A DNA stretch of 64,000 nt from assembly GCA_040388865.1 (NCBI GenBank), contig JAZKBB010000008.1, positions 21,663 to 85,662 on the forward strand, read 5' to 3'. Shown here one piece after another: positions 56,312 through 64,000 of this stretch. The position numbers and the translations under genes are program-made. Each line of letters opens with the position of its first letter. Position 1 is the first letter of the stretch. Source of the stretch: Pseudomonadota bacterium. Its GTDB lineage: Bacteria > Pseudomonadota > Alphaproteobacteria > Sphingomonadales > Sphingomonadaceae. The notes beneath the pieces are model-generated. The model made no database searches. It saw only the letters and a list, made by a program, of their open reading frames with translations, and was not told where the DNA came from.

Positions 56312-59005
56312 CTAAAAACGAACTGTGATTCGGCCGTAGAGAATTCGGCCCGAAGTCCCATAGGGGGCAATGAAGGCATACGGGAAGATGCCGTTGTTGT
56401 CGGCTCCATTGGTTCCGACCGCAACCGATTGGACCGTGGAGGCGATTTGGCGCTCCGGAAATTTGTCGAAGAGATTGCTTGCTCCGACGGTCAGGCGAAC
56501 TGGCTTTGCGATGTCGTAGGAAAGCTCCAAGTCCGTCACGATGTCCGCCCTGAAGGTCTGAATGATGTCGAAGTTCGAGCCGTTCGGCACCAGGCGCACA
56601 TCGTATCCCGGCGTCAGCACGTTGACCTGCGCTTGCGTTCTACCTGTCAACGCAACCTGCGAGACTTTGCCGTAGCGAGTGTTGATCAGGCTTACCCGCA
56701 GCGGGCCGCGGGTCCAGGTGAGGTCCAGCGAAATCTTGTTCTTGGGCGTGCTTTGCGTCAGTCGAACCTGGTTCGTCAGATCCTCGAGCGGCGCTGTGAT
56801 TCCTAAGGCGGCAAGCGGCGCAGGCGTGCCGGAAATGCGATCGATCCGGCTCTTGTTGAAGTTCGCCGCAAGCGTTGCGCCAAGCTGTCCGCCGCCTAGC
56901 CGCCGATGGTAGGAGGCGGTCACGTCGACACCGCGCGAGGTAGTATCAACACCGTTCGTCACGAAGGAGACCGAGCTGATGCCCGGAAACCCGTTCGTCG
57001 TAAGGTAATTGATCAACGCCGTACTCGAAAAGGCCGATGAGAGGGCAAGGCGGTCCTTCAAAACCACCCGATACCAGTCGACCGACACGGAAAAGGGACC
57101 GGTCGTAAAGACGCCTCCAACTGAAAGATCGCGCGATTTCTCGGGTCGCAGCGGAGGCGCCCCCACGAGCGGAGCAATGGGATCCGTTGTCGAAATCAGC
57201 CGGATCGTCACGGGTTGACCATTGAAGAAATTGGTTGTGCTCGAATTGTAGATGATCTGCGTAAGGGCGGGCGCGCGGAAGCCGGTGCCGTAGGAGGCGC
57301 GGATTGCAAACGGCCTTGCAACCTGGAAACGACCAGCCAGTTTGAAGTTGGTCGTGGATCCAAAATCCGAATAGCGCTCGTGACGAAGAGCGCCGTCTAA
57401 CAGCAGACGGCCGAAGAAAGTCTTCTCGACTTCGGCATAAATGCCCTTTGCATCGCGACTCCCGAGCTTTGCGTTCGCCGGAGTAAAGCCCGGATTGGGC
57501 TGTGCTCCGACCGGCGCCGGCCGTCCGGCATTCGGACCGTCGAGGATGGGTACGCCGCCATTGATGTAGCTGGCCGGCTCGCCTGCGGCGAGGCGAAACC
57601 ATTCCTTGCGGTACTCGGCGCCGAACGCGATCTTGATTGGATGATCGTTGCCGACAGGAATGCTGCGCGTGATGTCCAGATTGCTGGTCCATTGCCAGAA
57701 GCGCTCGGCGCCCTGATAAAATTGCCTAGGGCTCGTAGTACCCATTGAGGCATTATTCGAGTTCAGCTCAAACTGCTTTGTCGAACTATAACCATAAACC
57801 GTCGAAAGATCCCAGCCGAAGCCACCAAGGTCGGCCCCCTTGATGCCCATGGCGCCCGACGCGTTCTCGAGCTCGGCACGCGTGATCGGGAGGAATCCGT
57901 CAGGATAGAGCGCGCGAACGGTCTGGTCCTGCCCGGCCCGCCGGAAGAAGTTGGCCGAGCGGCCGACGAGCCTGTTGTAGCCGCCGAACGCGTAGAGCGT
58001 GACGTCATTGGATAATGGCTGAGTATAATTGACGAAGAGAATCCGGTTCTTGTACGCCGGCTCGCCGTACACCCAGATGTCACGGTTGAAGGTGGCTTCT
58101 CTCGGATCCAGCGTGCCGCTCGAGGGCGTCAGCCCGGTGCCGGAACCGTAGTTGCCCGATGGCAGAGTTGTACCGCCGGAGCCGAAATATTGCTGCCGCG
58201 TATCGGGCAATGCACGGTCGGTGCGACTGTGATCGATATATTCGGCCGTGATCCGCAACCGGCCCTGGCTTCCAACCCTGAAACCGGCGCCAAGAGCGGC
58301 CCGGAAATTTTGGCCGTCGCCGTGCGTCGTCTGGCCAAACTGGACCTGAGCGAGATAGCCAATGCTGTCGTCGAGAACGATATTGGTGACGCCGGCTACC
58401 GCGTCCGATCCGTATTGCGCCGCCGCGCCCTCTCTTAGGACCTCGACGCGCTTGATCGCCGAGGTAGGAATGGCGGAGAAGTCATACGCGACATCGCCGC
58501 GCCCGATTTGATTGTTGATGTTGAGATCGCTGTTCGTGTGCCGGCGCTTCCCATTGACCAGCAAGAGCAGGTCACCCGTCGAGAGCCCCCGGATTGTCGG
58601 GGACTGAAGAAAATCGGAGACGTTGGCGGACGACGGCCGAGGGATGCTGAAAGTCGGAACTGCGACCTTGAGCATCGACTGCAGGTCGGTTGTGCCGCTG
58701 CGCGTCAGTTGCTCGCCGCTGATCAGGTCGACGGGAGTCGGAGAATTCGTAACGGTGCGCTGTCCGAAGCGCGAACCGATCACCACGATTTCGCTATTGG
58801 GCTGAGCGCTGGGCGCGACCGCGGGTCTCGTCATGGGCCGAACCTGGGTGACTGCCGCCGCGTGGTCGCTGGTCTGAGCGGCCGATGGAGTTGCGGTGCT
58901 CGTTGCCGATTGGTCCTGCGCGAAAGCCGGACCGGCCATCATGGTCATGGCTAAGGCTGAAACGGTACTGGTGAAACAACCACGCGTGTGGATGGCAGGC
59001 CTCAT
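56312..59005 (-). CDS. TonB-dependent receptor
   Basis: EIVVIGSR, LLLVNGKRRH, IPTSAIKRVEVLREGAAAQYGSDAVAGV, C-terminal F. Confidence 0.93.
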   Translation of the reverse strand: MRPAIHTRGCFTSTVSALAMTMMAGPAFAQDQSATSTATPSAAQTSDHAAAVTQVRPMTRPAVAPSAQPNSEIVVIGSRFGQRTVTNSPTPVDLISGEQLTRSGTTDLQSMLKVAVPTFSIPRPSSANVSDFLQSPTIRGLSTGDLLLLVNGKRRHTNSDLNINNQIGRGDVAYDFSAIPTSAIKRVEVLREGAAAQYGSDAVAGVTNIVLDDSIGYLAQVQFGQTTHGDGQNFRAALGAGFRVGSQGRLRITAEYIDHSRTDRALPDTRQQYFGSGGTTLPSGNYGSGTGLTPSSGTLDPREATFNRDIWVYGEPAYKNRILFVNYTQPLSNDVTLYAFGGYNRLVGRSANFFRRAGQDQTVRALYPDGFLPITRAELENASGAMGIKGADLGGFGWDLSTVYGYSSTKQFELNSNNASMGTTSPRQFYQGAERFWQWTSNLDITRSIPVGNDHPIKIAFGAEYRKEWFRLAAGEPASYINGGVPILDGPNAGRPAPVGAQPNPGFTPANAKLGSRDAKGIYAEVEKTFFGRLLLDGALRHERYSDFGSTTNFKLAGRFQVARPFAIRASYGTGFRAPALTQIIYNSSTTNFFNGQPVTIRLISTTDPIAPLVGAPPLRPEKSRDLSVGGVFTTGPFSVSVDWYRVVLKDRLALSSAFSSTALINYLTTNGFPGISSVSFVTNGVDTTSRGVDVTASYHRRLGGGQLGATLAANFNKSRIDRISGTPAPLAALGITAPLEDLTNQVRLTQSTPKNKISLDLTWTRGPLRVSLINTRYGKVSQVALTGRTQAQVNVLTPGYDVRLVPNGSNFDIIQTFRADIVTDLELSYDIAKPVRLTVGASNLFDKFPERQIASTVQSVAVGTNGADNNGIFPYAFIAPYGTSGRILYGRITVRF

Positions 59006-59093
59006 CGACTCCCCCTTCGCCGCTCCCCAAACTGACTCGGCGAAAAGGCGGGTCCGCAGGATCGCGTGCTTTTGATCATCGCGGCAGAGAACA

Positions 59094-59140
59094 GAAATTC
59101 AATTGACGAGCATGCACGAGTCTATACGTTTTCCTTATGG
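59094..59140 (-). promoter_or_regulatory. LysR-type operator/promoter for TBDR
   Basis: Minus strand CATAA..T-N11-A..TCGTGC..AATTGAA; 30/47 identical without gaps to 60075-60121. Confidence 0.7.
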
Positions 59141-59165
59141 TTGACCTCCGGCGAGCGCATCCACG

Positions 59166-60080
59166 ATGAATTTCAGGCAGCTGGAAATCTTCCGCGCTGT
59201 CATGATCAGCGGCTCCGCGTCCCGCGCTGCGGAACTTCTTGCGATTTCGCAGCCCGCTGTAAGTCGAGCCTTGTCCGAGCTGGAGCACAGAACCGGCTTT
59301 CCATTGTTCGACAGAGTGAAGGGCCGACTGCTTCCAACTCCGGAAGGGCGGTTGTTCTTCCGCGATGTGTCAGCCAGTTTCGCGGGGCTGGAGAGCCTTC
59401 GCGCGGCTGCCGCGCGAATCCGCGATTTCGGCTCGGGGAGCATCCGCATCGCCAGTCTTGCTGCGCTTGGCTCGACTCTCGTGCCGCGAGCGATGCGCAC
59501 GTTCCTGGCGAGGAACCCGCAGATTGCGGTAACGCTCCACATTGCGTCATCCGCAACTGTCCGCGACTATGTTGTGAACGCGCAATTCGACATCGGCCTT
59601 GCGGCTGACGAAGTGGATCTGACCGGTGTCGACCACAGCGTCTTCGCAAGCTTCAGGGCAGTTTGCGCAATGCCTTCGGATCATCCCCTTGTGGGACACG
59701 AGGTGATCAGGCCGTGTGACCTTGACCGGATCGAATTCATTGCGCTTGCGCCGGAGGATCGCGCACGCGCGCGAATGAATGAAGCGTTCGAGTCCGCCAA
59801 TGTTCGGCCGCACATCGTCGTCGAGACGCCGAACTCGGCGACGATCTGCACATTGGCACTGAACGGCGTGGGCGTCGGATTGGTCAATCCCGCCTCTGCC
59901 GAGGGCTTTGCCGAGCGCGGCCTGGTCCTTCGCCCGTTCGAGCCTGCAGTCTACTTCAAGTCGCACATCCTCTATCGGCCAGACGCGCAACGCGCGCGAC
60001 TTGTCCGCGAGTTCAGCAAATCCCTCCGAGAAGCCCTGCAAGCAGGAAATGCCCCGCCCTACGCTCCGGCGCTGGCATAA
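59166..60080 (+). CDS. LysR-family regulator
   Basis: MNFRQLEIFRAVM..GS.S.AA..L.ISQPAVSR, LF.R..GRL.PT.EG. Confidence 0.95.
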   Translation: MNFRQLEIFRAVMISGSASRAAELLAISQPAVSRALSELEHRTGFPLFDRVKGRLLPTPEGRLFFRDVSASFAGLESLRAAAARIRDFGSGSIRIASLAALGSTLVPRAMRTFLARNPQIAVTLHIASSATVRDYVVNAQFDIGLAADEVDLTGVDHSVFASFRAVCAMPSDHPLVGHEVIRPCDLDRIEFIALAPEDRARARMNEAFESANVRPHIVVETPNSATICTLALNGVGVGLVNPASAEGFAERGLVLRPFEPAVYFKSHILYRPDAQRARLVREFSKSLREALQAGNAPPYAPALA

Positions 60081-60121
60081 CCATTTCGCATGAAGTCGTG
60101 CGAAGTCCTGAATTGAACTTC
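60075..60121 (+). promoter_or_regulatory. LysR-type operator/promoter for C-S lyase operon
   Basis: Second copy of the 47-bp motif. Confidence 0.7.
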
Positions 60122-60168
60122 TAGCATCCACCCGCCACCCTGAGCATCTGTCGATGGGGGATTTTCGA

Positions 60169-61359
60169 ATGAAAGATCGTACGCGCGTCGTTCACCACCC
60201 GACCGTGTCGCAGGACGGCTTCCGCAGCTTGACGGTCCCCACCTTTCGCGCGTCGACGATCGTGTTTGAGGATGCGGAGGCCTATGCCACCCGGAGGGCG
60301 CGGGGCCCGGATGGCTACACCTACGGCCTCAACGGCACGCCAACCACTCGGACATTGGAAGCGCAGCTTTCAATGCTCGAATGCGCCGAGCGGACGCTGC
60401 TTGCACCCTCTGGACAATGCGCGATTGCGGTCATCTTCCTGACGGTTCTTGAACCAGGGGACAAAGTGCTGATCCCCGATAGTGTTTATCCCCCCGTAAG
60501 CGAGTTCTGCGCGAACTATCTTAAAAAGCGCGGAATAGAGCATGAACGCTACGATCCGCTGATCGGGCCCGGCATTTCCGAACTGTTCGATGCGCGCACA
60601 AAGCTCGTTTGGATGGAATCGCCGGGCTCCGCGACGATGGAGTTCCAGGACGTCAGGGCGATCGTTACGGCGGCCAGGGCACAGGGAATCTTGACCGGTT
60701 GCGACAATACCTGGGCAACACCCTTGCTCTTCAAGCCGATTGTTCACGGCGTCGATTTCTCGATGGAGGCGCTGACAAAATATGTCGGCGGCCACTCCGA
60801 CCTTTTGCTCGGTTCCGTTTCCGTGGCAGACGTCGCGCTTCACCGGAAGCTCAAGGAAACGATGCGCCTGATGGGGATAGGCGTGTCGCCGGATGATTGT
60901 CAGCTCGCGCTTCGGGGACTCGAGACACTCGGCGTTCGACTAGCACATGTCGGGACCGTCGCCGCGGATTTTGCGCGCCGGATTGACGGCAAAGCGGGCG
61001 TCGAGCGAGTGCTCCATCCTGTTCTTCCGACCTGTCCGGGCCGGGAGTTCTGGGAACGCGATTTCGGGGGCGCGAGTGGCGCTTTCAGCATCGTTTTAAA
61101 GCCCCAAGCCAGCTCGGTGCTCGACCATGCCCTTTCCCGCCTCGAGGTCTTCGCGATCGGAGCGTCATGGGGAGGAACGCGCAGCCTCCTGGCGCCGATG
61201 TCCGTCAAGGCAGAGCGGCTGGTGACGCCGTGGACCCACGACGGCATGATCTTGAGACTGAGTATCGGTCTCGAAGATCCAATCGACCTCTGGGAGGATC
61301 TCGAGCGATTCTTCGCAGCCCTTGCTGCTGAATCGGAATGCGTAACGTCCGCCGGCTAG
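60169..61359 (+). CDS. metC: Cystathionine beta-lyase-like PLP C-S lyase
   Basis: RASTIVF, YGLNGTPT, ESPGS, DNTWATP, TKYVGGHSD (PLP Lys), IGASWGG, RLSIGLE. Alternative start 60154. Confidence 0.85.
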   Translation: MKDRTRVVHHPTVSQDGFRSLTVPTFRASTIVFEDAEAYATRRARGPDGYTYGLNGTPTTRTLEAQLSMLECAERTLLAPSGQCAIAVIFLTVLEPGDKVLIPDSVYPPVSEFCANYLKKRGIEHERYDPLIGPGISELFDARTKLVWMESPGSATMEFQDVRAIVTAARAQGILTGCDNTWATPLLFKPIVHGVDFSMEALTKYVGGHSDLLLGSVSVADVALHRKLKETMRLMGIGVSPDDCQLALRGLETLGVRLAHVGTVAADFARRIDGKAGVERVLHPVLPTCPGREFWERDFGGASGAFSIVLKPQASSVLDHALSRLEVFAIGASWGGTRSLLAPMSVKAERLVTPWTHDGMILRLSIGLEDPIDLWEDLERFFAALAAESECVTSAG

Positions 61360-62673
61360 ATGGCGCGCAACAGCATCTCCGATTCCCTCCTTCATCGGGA
61401 GATCGGGAGGCTCGGAATCGCGACCGTTGCGATGAACGGAGTCATCGGCTCGGGGATTTTCGCGTTGCCGGCCGTCGCAATCGCGCAAGCGGGCTATTTT
61501 AGTCCGTGGGTTTTCGTCCTTTGTGGGATCCTGATCCTGTCCGTTGCCCTGACTTTTGCACGGGTCGCGAGCTTTTTCGACATCACCGGCGGCCCCATCG
61601 TCTACACGACGCATGCGTTCGGCCGCTTTGTCGGCTTTCAGACCGGATTTCTGATCTATCTGAGCCGCGTTGCCGCAATCGCCGCCAGCGCGAACCTGAT
61701 CGTCAGTTATGCGGCCACGGTCTGGAATGCACTGGCCGGCGGGCCCCCGAGGATAGCGGCGATCACCGCGTACATCGCGCTCGCCACGATTTTGAACGCA
61801 GCGGGCATCCGCGCGGGCATGGCGGTCGTCTACATCATCAGTCTGTTAAAGCTGGCGCCGCTGTTCCTCCTGATCATGGTTGGACTTCCGTCGGCCGATT
61901 GGGCGCACGTGGCGGACGCACACCTCCTGGCGCCAGCGCCGCTCGGCGAAACGATGCTCGTCATGATGTACGCGTTCATCGGCTTCGAGTTCAGCCTCAT
62001 CAATGCGGGTGAGACCCGCGATGCACGCAAAAACATCCCAAAGACGCTTGTGCGCACAGTCGTCTCGATAGCGATCTGCTATGCCCTCATTCAGGTCGTC
62101 GTCGTGTCGGTCGCCCCGGACATTGGCGGGAGCAACACGCCCCTTGTCGAGGTCGCGAGAAGGCTCATGGGGCAACCCGGAGCCCTGGCGCTCGGGCTCG
62201 GGGTCGTCTTCTCTGTTGGCGGCGGGAGCCTGACTTCCTTGCTTACTGCGCCGCGATTGACCTTCGCTCTCGCGCGAGATGGCAGTCTGCCAGCTTGGTT
62301 CGGGAAGGTAAATGAAAGGAACGGCGCCCCGTTCAACTCGATCCTGTTTTGCGGGGCGCTCAGCATTGCGATGGCCATTGGACAGACGTTCGTATGGCTG
62401 ACGATTCTCAGCACCTTTATCCGCCTGCTGACCTATCTCTTGTGTATTGCCTCACTGCCGTTCGTTGAACGTACGATCCCCGCCCAGGAGGGCCAGTTCA
62501 GATTGCCAGGTCGCTTGCTGATCCCGGCGATCGGATTTGCACTCACGCTTTGGCTCATGATCAACTCCACAGTCGAAAATTTCATGATCACCGCCCTCGT
62601 GATCGCCATCGGCAGCGGCCTGTATTCGATTTCGGCAAAGAGGCTCACGAGCGCGAAACCTCCAATCGTGTAA
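61360..62673 (+). CDS. APC family amino acid permease
   Basis: NGVIGSGIFALP, YAFIGFE...AGE, about 12 hydrophobic segments. Confidence 0.92.
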   Translation: MARNSISDSLLHREIGRLGIATVAMNGVIGSGIFALPAVAIAQAGYFSPWVFVLCGILILSVALTFARVASFFDITGGPIVYTTHAFGRFVGFQTGFLIYLSRVAAIAASANLIVSYAATVWNALAGGPPRIAAITAYIALATILNAAGIRAGMAVVYIISLLKLAPLFLLIMVGLPSADWAHVADAHLLAPAPLGETMLVMMYAFIGFEFSLINAGETRDARKNIPKTLVRTVVSIAICYALIQVVVVSVAPDIGGSNTPLVEVARRLMGQPGALALGLGVVFSVGGGSLTSLLTAPRLTFALARDGSLPAWFGKVNERNGAPFNSILFCGALSIAMAIGQTFVWLTILSTFIRLLTYLLCIASLPFVERTIPAQEGQFRLPGRLLIPAIGFALTLWLMINSTVENFMITALVIAIGSGLYSISAKRLTSAKPPIV

Positions 62674-63052
62674 GCCAGGAGCGGATTCAGCAAGTCAGCG
62701 GTGAACGCCCGGATGCGAAATCCGATGTTTTTCACCCTCGACGATATTGGCTGAGTGCGGGCCAACTAGGGATCCGTTACGGCTCAATTCGTCTCCCCAG
62801 AGCCCATCGTCTGCGGGACCGAAATGTGGGACTGGCGCCGGCGCTTCTCCCACGATCCGCAGAAAACTAGAGAATTTTCTGCTCGGCTGATGGAGCTGAA
62901 GAAAACATTGCGCCGTTCCCCCCGGAGCGGCGCAATTGCTATGGACCTGGGCCCGGGAGCAAGCGGGCTTCTCGGATGTTCGACTTGTTCAACGTCACCG
63001 GCGCACTAATGCAGCTGTGTGTGAAAGAGACGTGCGGAGGGAGAAGAGCAAG

Positions 63053-63541
63053 ATGCAACAGCAACACGAGCGGCACAGTCAGATGGGTCGCGAAATGGTC
63101 AGCAAGAATTATCGCACGCTCGGCAGCAGCTTCGTCGCCATGCTGATCCTTATGTACCTGATCATGTTCACGATGATCTACAGCCTCGGCGAGTTCATCC
63201 AGAACATCAACTTCTTCTACATGGCCATCATGATGGCGACGCCGATGACGGTCATGATGCCGTTAATGATGGGCTCCATGTACCCGGACCGGAAGCTCAA
63301 CATGATCGTCTACGCCGGCTGCGCTTTGCTGTTCGTGCTCGCCTTCATCGGCATCCGGACGCAGGCGCTGGTCGGCGACACGCAATTCCTGCGCTCGATG
63401 ATTCCGCACCACTCCGGCGCGATCCTGATGTGCGAGCGGGCCAACATCAAGGATCCAGAGATCAAGACGCTGTGCGGAGAGATCATCAAGTCCCAGGCCG
63501 AGGAGATCGATCAGATGAAGGGCATCCTCAAGCGCAAGTAG
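63053..63541 (+). CDS. Membrane-anchored DUF305 protein, Met-rich
   Basis: Three Met-rich TMs, then FLRSMIPHHSGAILMC...II.SQ..EI.QM. Confidence 0.85.
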   Translation: MQQQHERHSQMGREMVSKNYRTLGSSFVAMLILMYLIMFTMIYSLGEFIQNINFFYMAIMMATPMTVMMPLMMGSMYPDRKLNMIVYAGCALLFVLAFIGIRTQALVGDTQFLRSMIPHHSGAILMCERANIKDPEIKTLCGEIIKSQAEEIDQMKGILKRK

Positions 63542-63616
63542 CGCAGGGATGAGGGGAGGAGACGTGGAGCGGGGCGGTTCGAGAAGAGAGGAAGGCCAGA
63601 TGAATACCCGACCCGA

Positions 63617-64000
63617 ATGACCGCGGCCATGCTTGCGACAGCTGCACTGGCGGCATGCAATTCGCAGCCGTCGAACAATGAAGCATCGGCGCAAGCGCCC
63701 GCAGTCGAAAATACGTCAGCGATAGCCGCCGACGCGTCCAACCCGTTCGTTGATGCCGAACGCAAGATGAATCAGTCGATGATGTCGGCCGTCGGCTCGG
63801 ATGTCGGCGACAATTGGCCGCGGAAGATGATCGCCCATCATCAGGGCGCGATCGACATGTCGCAGGCCGTGCTTGCGCACAATCCCAAGTCCGACGTTGC
63901 GATGATGGCCCATGAGACAATCGACAAGCAGCAGAAGGATATCGAGAATATTCGCAAGCTGCTCAAGAATGGTGCGCCGGACCAGAAGAGCGCCGACCTC
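63617..64000 (+). CDS. DUF305 lipoprotein (partial, runs off window)
   Basis: LAAC lipobox, NPFVDAERKM...RKMIAHHQGAIDM. Paralog of 52664-53353. Confidence 0.8.
   Translation, partial: MTAAMLATAALAACNSQPSNNEASAQAPAVENTSAIAADASNPFVDAERKMNQSMMSAVGSDVGDNWPRKMIAHHQGAIDMSQAVLAHNPKSDVAMMAHETIDKQQKDIENIRKLLKNGAPDQKSADL

Overview
High-GC alphaproteobacterial DNA, with gene content typical of a sphingomonad. Positions 1-7.9 kb are core chromosome: prsR/prsK, bdh, a YpfJ-like peptidase, an oxidoreductase and an SWFGD protein, ending in tRNA-Ala(CGC) at 7952-8027. An att-like flank follows the tRNA, then accessory cargo that runs off the window end and looks like an integrated island or ICE. I saw no integrase in the window. 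The cargo has four parts. (i) An isopeptidase-type lasso peptide locus. It has two precursor genes that the ORF track misses (cores GPAIVGNSELHGFYVTGLSDR and GLPIADVPEPMGFWRKTGISND). They lie downstream of a co-oriented luxR-luxI-phyH-gntR run and converge on an ECF sigma/FecR/TonB receptor/isopeptidase module. A second luxR and a fused FseA-like ICE activator lie next to it. (ii) An ars operon. (iii) A large mosaic copper/metal region: cusFCBA-like genes, an SDR-SPW-VKOR fusion lacking CxxC, NreA/CsoR plus a CDF, PbrT/FTR1, a PepSY-porin fusion with ChrB, a fluoride riboswitch with truncated crcB, a P-type copA with cueR, a multicopper oxidase copA with copB, and several DUF305 genes. Three of these units are led by Cys-rich leader ORFs ending in PPPR, which resemble arrest peptides. 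(iv) A LysR-controlled TonB receptor/C-S lyase/APC permease module inserted among the cop genes. Several gene relics mark rearrangement scars. All calls were made by eye from sequence motifs; no database searches were run.
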